From the NCBI GenBank assembly GCA_015059405.1, contig SVAL01000011.1:3806-67805 (forward strand): a stretch of DNA of 64,000 nt. The letters are read 5' to 3'. Source of the DNA: Bacillota bacterium. Lineage in GTDB: Bacteria > Bacillota_I > Bacilli_A > RF39 > UBA660. Below the pieces are notes generated by a model. The model was not told where the DNA came from, made no database searches, and saw only the letters and a list, made by a program, of their open reading frames with translations. The translations under genes were made by a program, and so were the position numbers. Of this stretch, positions 9,326 through 17,964 are shown one piece after another; position 1 is the stretch's first letter; every line of letters begins with the position of its first letter.

Positions 9326-10327
9326 TTAGTTTTCTACATAGGTTAAATTACCATTTGAATCTACAAAAATATAATATGGTTCTTTAGAACAAATATCATC
9401 ACACCATTCTTCGTTCGGATTAAAAGCAGTAAAATAAGAAACATTCTCAAAAAGTTGATGTCCTGGCAATGCGGGGTATTCAAAATATTCTGTGTTGTTA
9501 AGTTGATTTTCTTTTAATACTGGACACGAATAAAAAACTCTATCAATATCTCCAGGTTCACCCTTTACTATTTCGTTATTATTAAGCACGAAAAAATCGC
9601 TGGTATTGTATTTAGAATTTACCCATTCTCCCCATGTCATTCCTTCCTCGAATTGGTAATTGACTCTATTCACTTTAAAAGTTAATATTTTTGGTTTTTT
9701 TTCTTCTTCTACAGATGCATAATTATCTCCTTTTTGTTGAAGTGTACATGTTGTTTTACCATCACCTGTATTTCCTTCACTTTCTGCTTCAAGTACTACC
9801 AAATTAGTTGTATCATTTACTATAAATCCATTCCAATTTTTTAATTCTGTTATTGTTGTTACTTTTCCATTTTTAGGTCTAGATAAACTAAGCCCTGTTT
9901 GTATTTGTTTACCTTGTTCATTTAATTTAGATTGTGATGTTGGATATAGTCCATATCCAGCACTATCTTTAAATGTATATCCATATGTATATGAAGATGT
10001 TTGATCATTATATTGTACAAGTACATATGCCCAGTATGCATTATTTGCTTGATGCCATGCTCCAAATGGATTTGTTCCACCTCTTTCTAGTGCTATACAT
10101 TCAATTGGTACGGCATATACTGTATTTGCCTCAGTAAAAGTATAACTTAAATCATTAACGTCATTTACTAGTGCTCCTATATAATTACCTATTGTTGATG
10201 TAACAGTCTTTTTTCTAGACTCGGTAATATACTTTGTTACACTTGGTATTGCTATTGCCATAAGTAAACCTAGTATTACTATTACCGCTAGTAACTCAAT
10301 TAATGTAAAACCTTTTTTATTCTTCAT
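9326..10327 (-). CDS. prepilin-type (type IV pilin / pseudopilin-like) protein with a large C-terminal domain
   Basis: Class III signal peptide: MKNKKG|FTLIELLAVIVILGLLMAIAIPS, with Gly-1, Phe+1 and Glu+5, followed by a ~300-aa domain. Start set at 10327 (GGAG SD 8 nt upstream). The track start at 10360 lies inside the predicted 5' UTR. Confidence 0.8.
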   Translation of the reverse strand: MKNKKGFTLIELLAVIVILGLLMAIAIPSVTKYITESRKKTVTSTIGNYIGALVNDVNDLSYTFTEANTVYAVPIECIALERGGTNPFGAWHQANNAYWAYVLVQYNDQTSSYTYGYTFKDSAGYGLYPTSQSKLNEQGKQIQTGLSLSRPKNGKVTTITELKNWNGFIVNDTTNLVVLEAESEGNTGDGKTTCTLQQKGDNYASVEEEKKPKILTFKVNRVNYQFEEGMTWGEWVNSKYNTSDFFVLNNNEIVKGEPGDIDRVFYSCPVLKENQLNNTEYFEYPALPGHQLFENVSYFTAFNPNEEWCDDICSKEPYYIFVDSNGNLTYVEN

Positions 10328-10355
10328 TTGACACACTCCTCTATTATCTACTAAA

Positions 10356-10383
10356 ATCATACCCCCCCCCGGTCTTTTGTCAA
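10356..10383 (-). promoter_or_regulatory. sigma-A-like promoter of the pilin-like gene with a G9 tract in the spacer
   Basis: Minus strand reads TTGACA (10383-10378), then AAAGACCGGGGGGGGG (16 nt, G9 = 10370-10362), then TATGAT (10361-10356). The SD and ATG lie about 30 nt downstream. Confidence 0.55.
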
Positions 10384-10474
10384 GGTTTTACATTTGTTTC
10401 TTTTTACATTTACACTTTTATTATTTTTTTATTTATGTTACTATAGATACATATATACTTTTGGGGGTGTTTAT

Positions 10475-11104
10475 ATGTTAGATTATGCTTTAGATAAAGA
10501 AGAAAAAAAGACATTTGTCTTAAATTATAAATCTTTAGGAGAGTATATCCAAGTTAATGTTGCTTCTGGTGATGATTATTCTGTACCTAATACTAAAGAT
10601 AACGAAAAAAATTTACTTTCTAAAATGGAAGAACAAGCTGATGATCCATGGCAATTTGTTAATAAACAAGAAAAAAGAAAGAAAAGTGCGATTGGTTGGT
10701 TAATATATGATGCTGCTTTTCTTATATTAAACACTGTTATGATGTGTCTTGATCCTGGGATTTTAACTGGGGTTTGTATTGGATTATTTCTTCTTGCTGG
10801 TTCTGCTCAAATTGTTGCTTTAAAAGATGTTAAGGCAAAGTTAGATGATGTTAAAAAACATGAATTATTTTTAAGACATAAAATATCTATCAACGAATAC
10901 TTAGAAAAAGGAAATTGCAATGTTAAAGAAGAAACAATGGTTCCTGTAAAAGAAGAAAAAGAAGATATTCTTAATATTAATGATGTTCATGATATGACAT
11001 ATGAAGATGTTAGTAAGATAGTTACTGATATACAAAGAGATAGACAATTAGGTATAGATAGACCTAAAGTATTGATTAAACAATATTTACCTAATAAAAA
11101 ATAG
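10475..11104 (+). CDS. hypothetical two-TM membrane protein
   Basis: Start trimmed to MLDYALDK (ATG 10475), preceded by GGGGGTG. It has two central hydrophobic helices and an acidic C-terminus. No family recognised. Confidence 0.6.
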   Translation: MLDYALDKEEKKTFVLNYKSLGEYIQVNVASGDDYSVPNTKDNEKNLLSKMEEQADDPWQFVNKQEKRKKSAIGWLIYDAAFLILNTVMMCLDPGILTGVCIGLFLLAGSAQIVALKDVKAKLDDVKKHELFLRHKISINEYLEKGNCNVKEETMVPVKEEKEDILNINDVHDMTYEDVSKIVTDIQRDRQLGIDRPKVLIKQYLPNKK

Positions 11105-11125
11105 AAATAGCTTATGCTATTTCTT

Positions 11126-11665
11126 TTATATTACTTTTATTTTTTCTTTTATTTCATCTAAATACTTTTTTCTTTTTTCTAATTTTTTTGGATGATGTGC
11201 TAGAGCATCACATTTTTGTATTTCATATCTTTTTAAAGTTAATTCTGGATTTTTATTTAAGTCTTCATCTGTAATTTCAGTATCATGGTATTTGATTAGT
11301 GTTGTTAATTCTTTTATTTTCTCTTTTTTAAAACCTAGTCTTTTTAATATCTTTTTGGAAATTTTTTCTGATTTTTCTGCATGATTATGAAAGTGTCTTA
11401 TTCCATCTTCTTCTTGGTATGAGAATGGTTTTCCAATATCATGTAGTAATAATACTAGTCTTATATCAAAATCTTTTATTGATAGACTTAACGCTAGAAG
11501 TGTATGATTCCATACGTCTAAATGATGATGTGGGTGCTTATGATCAAACCCCACTTCATATTTTAGTTCTGGGATTATTTTAAATAATTCTATTTGATTT
11601 TCTTTTACTGTTTCTTCTACTTGGTCTGTCATTAGAATACTATATAAAAAACTAATATCATTCAT
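11126..11665 (-). CDS. HD-domain phosphohydrolase
   Basis: 179 aa. Motifs: HHHLDVWNHTLLAL ... LLLHDIGKP ... H-rich (HFHNHAEKS). Confidence 0.7.
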   Translation of the reverse strand: MNDISFLYSILMTDQVEETVKENQIELFKIIPELKYEVGFDHKHPHHHLDVWNHTLLALSLSIKDFDIRLVLLLHDIGKPFSYQEEDGIRHFHNHAEKSEKISKKILKRLGFKKEKIKELTTLIKYHDTEITDEDLNKNPELTLKRYEIQKCDALAHHPKKLEKRKKYLDEIKEKIKVI

Positions 11666-11730
11666 AATATCACCTAATAATAATTATAATTAAAATAAAT
11701 AAAAAAAGAAAGGTTACCCTTTCTTTATTT

Positions 11731-12273
11731 TTACATATAGTTATCAGCTTTAACTTCGAAGTATGCTCTTGGATGTGCACATACAGGACATACTTGTGGA
11801 GCTTCTTTTCCAACATGTACATGTCCACAATTACGACATACCCATACTTTTTCTCCGTCTTTACTAAATACCATTTCATTATTAACGTTTTCTAATAATT
11901 TACGATATCTTTCTTCGTGTTCTTTTTCAATTTTAGCAACACCTTCAAATAATAATGCGATACGAGTGAATCCTTCTTCTCTTGCTGTTTTAGCAAATTC
12001 AGCATACATATCAGTCCATTCGTAGTTTTCTCCTTCAGCTGCATCTAATAAGTTTTCAGCAGTAGTTGGAACTTCTCCACCATGTAATTCTTTAAACCAC
12101 ATTTTAGCATGTTCTTTTTCATTATTAGCAGTTTCTTCAAATAATGCTGCGATTTGTTCATACCCTTCTTTTTTTGCTTTACTTGCATAATAAGTGTATT
12201 TGTTTCTTGCTTGACTTTCTCCAGCAAATGCTGCCATTAAATTTTGTTCTGTTTTACTTCCTTTTAATTCCAT
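11731..12273 (-). CDS. rbr: rubrerythrin
   Basis: Ferritin-like diiron domain ([19 protein letters not shown]...EKEHAKMW...EKEHEERY) plus a C-terminal rubredoxin-like CRNCG...CPVC. Start trimmed to MELKGSK (AGGAGAG SD). Confidence 0.9.
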   Translation of the reverse strand: MELKGSKTEQNLMAAFAGESQARNKYTYYASKAKKEGYEQIAALFEETANNEKEHAKMWFKELHGGEVPTTAENLLDAAEGENYEWTDMYAEFAKTAREEGFTRIALLFEGVAKIEKEHEERYRKLLENVNNEMVFSKDGEKVWVCRNCGHVHVGKEAPQVCPVCAHPRAYFEVKADNYM

Positions 12274-12290
12274 GTTTTTTCTCTCCTTTT

Positions 12291-12650
12291 TTATACACAT
12301 TTCTTACAAATGCCTTTATATGTTATGTCGCAATCTAATACTTTATTATCATTAATAACTTTAATTTCCTTGTTACTGTTTTTATCAACGTCTTCTACCT
12401 CTCCACATTTAACGCATATGAAATGGTCATGTTTATAATTGATATTATCATATCTATGAATATTATCAATAGATTGAATAGTTCTTATCTTACCTTTTTC
12501 TACTAAATTATTAACTATTCTATAAACTGTACCTAAACTAATATTAGGTATCTCTTCTCTAGCCAGTTCATATATTTCATTAGTATTTGGATGACTACAG
12601 CTATTATTAATAATCTTTAAGATAAGATCTTTTTGCTTTGTGTTTCGCAA
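12291..12650 (-). CDS. Fur-family transcriptional regulator (PerR-like by context)
   Basis: 119 aa. It has a winged helix ([16 protein letters not shown]), HDHFICxxCG and a C-terminal CKKC. TTG start 7 nt after AAGGAGAG. It lies immediately upstream of rubrerythrin. Confidence 0.85.
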   Translation of the reverse strand: MRNTKQKDLILKIINNSCSHPNTNEIYELAREEIPNISLGTVYRIVNNLVEKGKIRTIQSIDNIHRYDNINYKHDHFICVKCGEVEDVDKNSNKEIKVINDNKVLDCDITYKGICKKCV

Positions 12651-12710
12651 TTTTCATCTCTCCTTAATAGTAATGATTACTATTTAATTATATCATACTT
12701 TTTTAAAAAG

Positions 12711-12739
12711 AAAAGAAAAAAGTAATAAAATTTATTACT
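12711..12739 (-). terminator. rho-independent terminator closing the three-gene unknown unit
   Basis: Stem AGTAATA (12721-12727) / TATTACT (12733-12739), then a T-run on the minus strand (A-rich 12711-12720 on plus). Confidence 0.5.
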
Positions 12740-12742
12740 TTT

Positions 12743-13006
12743 TTAATTATTATTATTTTCACTATATAATACATAACTACCTAGTTCTTCTTTTAGCCTT
12801 GTAATATATATATACATTAGGTCTAAATACTCATTTTCATCTTCTATATTAGTTAATTCTGGTATATCTATTTCATCATGTTTAATTTGTTTTTTTTCAC
12901 ATAATAATTGAAGCATAGCTACTACAAGTTTTACTTCTTCAATATTTTTATCTCTTTTACTATCAATAGGTAATTTTTGATATTCTTTTAATAATTCTTC
13001 AAACAT
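12743..13006 (-). CDS. hypothetical acidic helical protein (87 aa)
   Basis: Clean ORF 8 nt downstream of the 640-aa ORF. No recognisable motif. Confidence 0.55.
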   Translation of the reverse strand: MFEELLKEYQKLPIDSKRDKNIEEVKLVVAMLQLLCEKKQIKHDEIDIPELTNIEDENEYLDLMYIYITRLKEELGSYVLYSENNNN

Positions 13007-13014
13007 ATTATCAC

Positions 13015-14937
13015 CTATTTGTTACCTTTCTTAGATACAACCAAATATAAAGCTTTAACAAATATACTATGTTCATCCCATATTTTTTTCTTTTCTTGGT
13101 AATTTCTTTCAATTACTTCAGCTTCATCATATACCTCATCATATGTAGTATTTAGTCTTTCTTCATGTAATATATTTTCATAAATATTATTTAATATAGA
13201 TTGATAGTTATCATATGATATATCATATTTTCTTTCATAACTCTTATTTAAAATAGTCTTAGCTATCATTTCTTGAGCTACTGCCAAAGTTTTTCTTTGA
13301 GTTATTCTTGCTTCTTTATATTTTCTTTCTCTATCTTCACCTGGTTTTATTTCTTCAACAAAATTAGTATATGTAATATTTCTTTTTAGTTTTTGATATA
13401 AGTTAGGTAATGAATCAACATTTATATCTCTAGCAACTATTTCTAAGTCATAGTTTAGATATTTACCACTATTCATGGCTTTATATTTAAATTCTTCTAC
13501 TGCATGTGACTCTATAAATTTAGTTTCTCTTATTTCTAAATTATTCATAATAGTCTCACGACTAGGTAATAATTCTGTGATAGATAAATGTTTCTTTTGT
13601 TTTTCTTCGTATACTAATTTATAAATATTATCTCTTTTAGATGAATTTAAAAGCATAAATATTTTTTCAAATCTTGTTTTAGCATTAATATAATTATCTA
13701 ATTTTTCTATTGGATTATATAAATTATAAATAGTTCTTAATGTTTCTGTTTTTTCATAGGATTGAGTTATAGATAAATTAGATGAATCATGTGCATCAAA
13801 TAATACTTTTTTAAATAAATCATCTGTGATTTCATCTGCAAGTTCGCATAAATCTAATACTACTTTTACGAATTCTTCTTCACTTGATTCTTCGTTAAGT
13901 TCAAAATTATATCTTTTATTAAAATATGAATTTATCATATCAATTTTTTTGCATTGAATATTATTAGAAAAAATACGATCAAATTTTATTCTTTCTCCTC
14001 TTTTATATCTTTCAATTAAATCATATTTTTCTTTTTCTAATTCTTCATTTACTTTGACAATTGTTTCTATATTAGTATCATTTGGTATTTCATAACCATA
14101 ATTAGATATTTTTTTATTTTCTTCACTATTATTATATTTGTTTAATAACTCTATTCTTAGAGATTCTTTTAATCGTTCTTTTAATTTAGTTGGCTTTTTT
14201 TCTTTTATATCATATAAATAAACTATAGTAGATAATACTTTAATAAATTTCTTTCTAAAAGGATAATTATTACCTTTTTTAAATATCATATCTATGTTAT
14301 GGTTTGCGTATCTTAATACTTTATTTATTCTTTTTTCATAGGCTTTTTTAGACTCTTTTTTATAGACTTCTATTTGAATAATTTCATTTAAGACATTAAG
14401 TTGTCTATTAAGGTTATCACATTTACATTTTTTTAATTCTGATAAGAATGCAGAAAATTCTTTATTATTTTTTTCTTTTTTATCTAGATGATTTTTTTCC
14501 TTATTAGTTAGATTAATTACAATATCTTGTTCTTTATATTGATAGTTATTCTTTTTTGTTACTATATTATTTTTTCTTGATGATGTTATTTTATAAATAT
14601 CATAAAATGATTGAGATAGGTTTCTAGAAATAATCATTGGATCAGTTTCTTTTGTTGCACTGTCTAGTTCATTTGAATATTCTTCAATAAAATTTATTAA
14701 AAAGCTTGGTTCTTTAACAGCAATTCTTTTTAAAACTTTTTCTACTCTATTTTCTTTTCTTGTTAGTTTTTTATTATATATTATATTATTTCTAGCATCT
14801 AAGTTATTGGTTTTTTCTACTAGGCATTGTAATTTAGATATTTCTCTTTTAATTTTTTCGTTGTTATTAATAAGACAGTAAGTATAGAAATATCCAAATT
14901 TTGATGTATGGATACACTTACCTATCATATTATTCAC
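13015..14937 (-). CDS. hypothetical 640-aa K/E/N-rich protein, unknown function
   Basis: Long uninterrupted ORF that overlaps the upstream 87-aa ORF by 8 nt. I could find no TM segment, P-loop, nuclease or HEPN motif. Confidence 0.7.
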   Translation of the reverse strand: MNNMIGKCIHTSKFGYFYTYCLINNNEKIKREISKLQCLVEKTNNLDARNNIIYNKKLTRKENRVEKVLKRIAVKEPSFLINFIEEYSNELDSATKETDPMIISRNLSQSFYDIYKITSSRKNNIVTKKNNYQYKEQDIVINLTNKEKNHLDKKEKNNKEFSAFLSELKKCKCDNLNRQLNVLNEIIQIEVYKKESKKAYEKRINKVLRYANHNIDMIFKKGNNYPFRKKFIKVLSTIVYLYDIKEKKPTKLKERLKESLRIELLNKYNNSEENKKISNYGYEIPNDTNIETIVKVNEELEKEKYDLIERYKRGERIKFDRIFSNNIQCKKIDMINSYFNKRYNFELNEESSEEEFVKVVLDLCELADEITDDLFKKVLFDAHDSSNLSITQSYEKTETLRTIYNLYNPIEKLDNYINAKTRFEKIFMLLNSSKRDNIYKLVYEEKQKKHLSITELLPSRETIMNNLEIRETKFIESHAVEEFKYKAMNSGKYLNYDLEIVARDINVDSLPNLYQKLKRNITYTNFVEEIKPGEDRERKYKEARITQRKTLAVAQEMIAKTILNKSYERKYDISYDNYQSILNNIYENILHEERLNTTYDEVYDEAEVIERNYQEKKKIWDEHSIFVKALYLVVSKKGNK

Positions 14938-15193
14938 CTAGAATATTTTCATATTCTTTTTTTAGTCCCATTAGTTCATTATATTTTTTTGGAACTTCAT
15001 AAATACCATCAATAATATCATCTAATAAATCTAATTGATCATCTATTTTATCTTGAAGATACTCTAAACGTTTTAATTCAGATTCTTTTTCTTCTATTTC
15101 TTCAATTTCAGTTATTTTACGATCTATTTCTTCATATTTTTTTTCTAATACTTCTTGATATTTTTTTAATTCTTCTACATTCATTTTAGCCAA
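14930..15193 (-). CDS. hypothetical acidic coiled-coil protein (87 aa)
   Basis: AAGGAG SD upstream of the ATG. The sequence is heptad-like and E/K/D-rich. Confidence 0.55.
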   Translation of the reverse strand: MAKMNVEELKKYQEVLEKKYEEIDRKITEIEEIEEKESELKRLEYLQDKIDDQLDLLDDIIDGIYEVPKKYNELMGLKKEYENILGE

Positions 15194-15244
15194 CTCCTTA
15201 TTATATAAGTATTATATCATATATTTATTTATTTTTATTCTTTT

Positions 15245-15928
15245 TTATATTTTTATTAGTTGTTTTGTAGGATGTTTTACTAGTTTAAATAACTCTTCAT
15301 TATGTCTTTGAATATTTTCTAAATCTTCTTTTTTTATTTCTGGGAATATATCATATAAATTACATCCTAACATAGACTCTATTCTTTCTTTTAATTCCAT
15401 TGCTTTATTTACATGATCATATGAATTGGGATAAATACCTTTTCTTTTTGAAATATCTAATAATCTATTTTCAATAGTAGTAAATCCTGTTTCTAGACAA
15501 AACAAATCACATAGTTGAACAATATTATCGTAGATAGTTACTTCTCTTTTATTTAGATAATCAGCAATATATTCATATGCTTCTTTTGTTTCAGGACCAC
15601 CACCAGCAGTCATTAATATTTCGTTATCAATAAATGAATGTGTAAGACAAATTGATGCTTCTTCAATATATCCTTCATTTACCATATAGTTATATCCTTC
15701 TATAACATGATTGGGATGACTAATTTTCCTTCCAATATCATGGATTAAAGCTAAACTTTTAGCATAATCACTATCTAAATTTAAATATCTTGCGATTCTT
15801 TCGGCAGCAAGAGATACAAAAATACAATGATGGACCCACTTGTTTTCTGGTTTTACTAAATCATCTACATCATTAATTACATCTTTTGTTAGTATTTCAT
15901 ATGCTTTCTTAGAGGTTAGTTTTTCCAT
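15245..15928 (-). CDS. HD-domain (HDIG-type) phosphohydrolase
   Basis: 227 aa. Motifs: HHCIFVSLAAERIA ... LIHDIGRK ... H-containing downstream motifs. Last gene of the seven-gene operon. Confidence 0.7.
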   Translation of the reverse strand: MEKLTSKKAYEILTKDVINDVDDLVKPENKWVHHCIFVSLAAERIARYLNLDSDYAKSLALIHDIGRKISHPNHVIEGYNYMVNEGYIEEASICLTHSFIDNEILMTAGGGPETKEAYEYIADYLNKREVTIYDNIVQLCDLFCLETGFTTIENRLLDISKRKGIYPNSYDHVNKAMELKERIESMLGCNLYDIFPEIKKEDLENIQRHNEELFKLVKHPTKQLIKI

Positions 15929-15936
15929 ATTTCCTC

Positions 15937-16989
15937 CTATATCTTTAATTTATTATTATCATATATTATTTTGCATAATGGTTGTTTTCTAGTACCATTT
16001 ACGACTTTTAAATCTTCTAGATTAGTTCTTATATTTATTCTTTTTACCCCATATTTTTCTAATTCTTCTAATGGTATTTCTTTAAATGCTGGACAAGGTA
16101 GAACTGTACCATCATACTTTATTACTAGTTTATCTAATCCTGCGGTACATTTATGTGTATTATCTTTAATTAGAGGTATTCCTATTCTTATATTACCATT
16201 AAAATTTATTTTATTAAATATATCTATAAATTCTTTCATTTCTTCTTCATCTAAAAGAAGTTTATCTTGATTAATTTCTCCTCTTCCTTGAGGAACAAAG
16301 TTTAGAATACTTATATTTTTTACTCCTACTATTTCTAAACATTCTAATAAATCAGGAAGTTCTTTATAGTTTAATTTATTAGGAATAAAATGAACATCTA
16401 TGTCTAATCCTACTCTTTTTGCTTTAACGATTGAAGAAAGTAATTTATCTAATAAGTTTTTTGTACCCATTAGTTCATTATAAGAATCTTCTTCATAAGC
16501 TTGATAATCAAATACTATTTTATCTAATCCTAGAGCTTTTAATTGTTTTAATTCTTCTTCATCTAAACTTGTAAACTTACTTGGAAGTAAAAAATTATCA
16601 TAATATCTTTTAATACTATTTTTTAATTTTTCATTATCTGGTTCATTTTCTTCTACTTCAAGTAATTTTCTTTCTCTTTCTTTTATCAAATACTCTCTTT
16701 CTTTACCGTCTAGGGTGATACTTCTTTTTATTCCACTTGTAAAAATAATAGTTCTTATTCCTTTACTTTTACATAAATCTACTATTTCCATAATATTAGG
16801 GTGTAGAAAAGGTTCTCCTCCTGATAAAGATATTTCTTCTACTCCATACTTTTCAGTTATGTATTCAAGAGTTTTTTTAAATACGTCAAACTCTATTATT
16901 TCACTACAACCAAAGTAAGCATTAGAAGAACAAAAAAGACAGTTATTGGGACATGATCTTAATATTTCAAAACATAAATCTTTAAGCAT
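15937..16989 (-). CDS. radical SAM enzyme with a Cys-containing C-terminal (twitch/SPASM-like) extension
   Basis: CPNNCLFC (CX3CX2C) at residues 13-20, GGEPFLHP SAM motif, and C-terminal HKCTAGLDKLVIKYDGTVLPCPAF. Confidence 0.85.
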   Translation of the reverse strand: MLKDLCFEILRSCPNNCLFCSSNAYFGCSEIIEFDVFKKTLEYITEKYGVEEISLSGGEPFLHPNIMEIVDLCKSKGIRTIIFTSGIKRSITLDGKEREYLIKERERKLLEVEENEPDNEKLKNSIKRYYDNFLLPSKFTSLDEEELKQLKALGLDKIVFDYQAYEEDSYNELMGTKNLLDKLLSSIVKAKRVGLDIDVHFIPNKLNYKELPDLLECLEIVGVKNISILNFVPQGRGEINQDKLLLDEEEMKEFIDIFNKINFNGNIRIGIPLIKDNTHKCTAGLDKLVIKYDGTVLPCPAFKEIPLEELEKYGVKRINIRTNLEDLKVVNGTRKQPLCKIIYDNNKLKI

Positions 16990-17005
16990 ATTATCCCTCC
17001 TGTCT

Positions 17006-17461
17006 TTATTTTAAACGATTTACCCCTTCTTCTAAAAGCATTTTTAAATCGTTTACTGGTTTTTTATTATAATCGTATTCATATAACCAGTCTAGATATT
17101 TGATTTTTTCTGATTCATCTGGTCTTCCATATATAACTTTATTTGAATGTAGCCAATATCCAAATTCTACATTAGTGGTTAACCCCATCATATCTGGGAT
17201 AGTTCTTGGAATCCAAAATAAAATTATTTTAGCTTCTTCTAAGGCTTTTCTTTCCCATAATACTTGGTCTAGGTAATCTGGTTTGGTTTTCCAATTAGAA
17301 TATTCAGGAACATAAACTATTCCATCAAACCCTAGTTCTTCTAAAATCTTTAATGCTTCTTTTCTCCAAGATATACATTTTCCTCCTCTTGGTGTTGGAC
17401 CAGCTAAAAAGATTGTTTTTTCTCCTTTTAATACTTCTTGATCAGAAAAGTTTATAACCAT
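17006..17461 (-). CDS. nucleoside 2-deoxyribosyltransferase-like (Nuc_deoxyri_tr2-type) protein
   Basis: 151 aa. IFLAGPTPRGG...SWRKEA...VYVPE...QVLWERKALEEAKIILFWIPR...TTNVEFGYW matches my recollection of the PF15891-type pattern. Not verified by a search. Confidence 0.5.
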   Translation of the reverse strand: MVINFSDQEVLKGEKTIFLAGPTPRGGKCISWRKEALKILEELGFDGIVYVPEYSNWKTKPDYLDQVLWERKALEEAKIILFWIPRTIPDMMGLTTNVEFGYWLHSNKVIYGRPDESEKIKYLDWLYEYDYNKKPVNDLKMLLEEGVNRLK

Positions 17462-17470
17462 TTATATCAC

Positions 17471-17764
17471 CTATTCTTCTTTTAATAGTTTTTCTATTTC
17501 TTCTTTTGTTTTATATCCAATAAATTTATTTGTTTGTTTTCCATCTTTATATATAAAAACTGTAGGTATACTCATAATTCCATATTCTCTTGCGAGTTCT
17601 TGATTTTCATCAACATTTACTTTACAAACTTTATAAGTAGTACTTAATTCTTCTAAAATAGGACTTAACATTTGACATGGACCACACCATGTAGCAAAAA
17701 AGTCAACAATAACAATTCCATCTGTCTTAATTTCTTTATCAAAATTTTCTTTATTTATTTCCAT
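17471..17764 (-). CDS. trxA: thioredoxin
   Basis: 97 aa with the WCGPC active site and a typical thioredoxin fold pattern (VDFFATWCGPCQML...IPTVFIYKDG). Confidence 0.9.
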   Translation of the reverse strand: MEINKENFDKEIKTDGIVIVDFFATWCGPCQMLSPILEELSTTYKVCKVNVDENQELAREYGIMSIPTVFIYKDGKQTNKFIGYKTKEEIEKLLKEE

Positions 17765-17765
17765 A

Positions 17766-17963
17766 TTATTTCTCCTTTATATATAACATACAATGACAAA
17801 ATCCTTCATAATTTGGATCTTTTATTTGCTCGCGAAACTCTTTACACATACATTTAGTATCTTCAGTTCTTTCTAACTTACAAGGACAATATCCTCCTGT
17901 TTGTTTTAAACCTTCTTTTATTTGGTTTACCATCTTTTCATCTGGATTTAATTTTACTTTCAT
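17766..17963 (-). CDS. ferredoxin-thioredoxin reductase catalytic-domain-like small protein
   Basis: 65 aa with the triple CxC pattern CPC...CMC...CHC (GGYCPCKLERTEDTKCMCKEFREQIKDPNYEGFCHCMLY). It is 1 nt from trxA. Confidence 0.65.
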   Translation of the reverse strand: MKVKLNPDEKMVNQIKEGLKQTGGYCPCKLERTEDTKCMCKEFREQIKDPNYEGFCHCMLYIKEK

Positions 17964-17964
17964 G

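Noticed and set aside
11670-12227. Track ORFs 11670-11879 and 12045-12227 on the minus strand, overlapping the rubrerythrin gene.
   Set aside because: Both are alternative frames of the rubrerythrin locus. The rubrerythrin frame carries unmistakable diiron and rubredoxin motifs, while the alternatives have no motifs or SD.
15937-16989. Radical SAM gene as a prokaryotic viperin (pVip).
   Set aside because: The Cys triad context (SCPNNCLFCSS) and the extra C-terminal Cys motif (CTAG...PCPAF, twitch/SPASM-like) do not match what I remember of viperins. No nucleotide kinase is adjacent. I therefore kept it only as an unclassified radical SAM enzyme.
15937-16989. Radical SAM/SPASM-like gene as the core of a RiPP cluster.
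   Set aside because: The flanking gaps are 8-16 nt, leaving no room for a precursor-peptide gene. The neighbouring 87-aa ORFs are acidic coiled-coil proteins in a separate transcription unit and do not look like precursors. No peptidase or ABC exporter is present.
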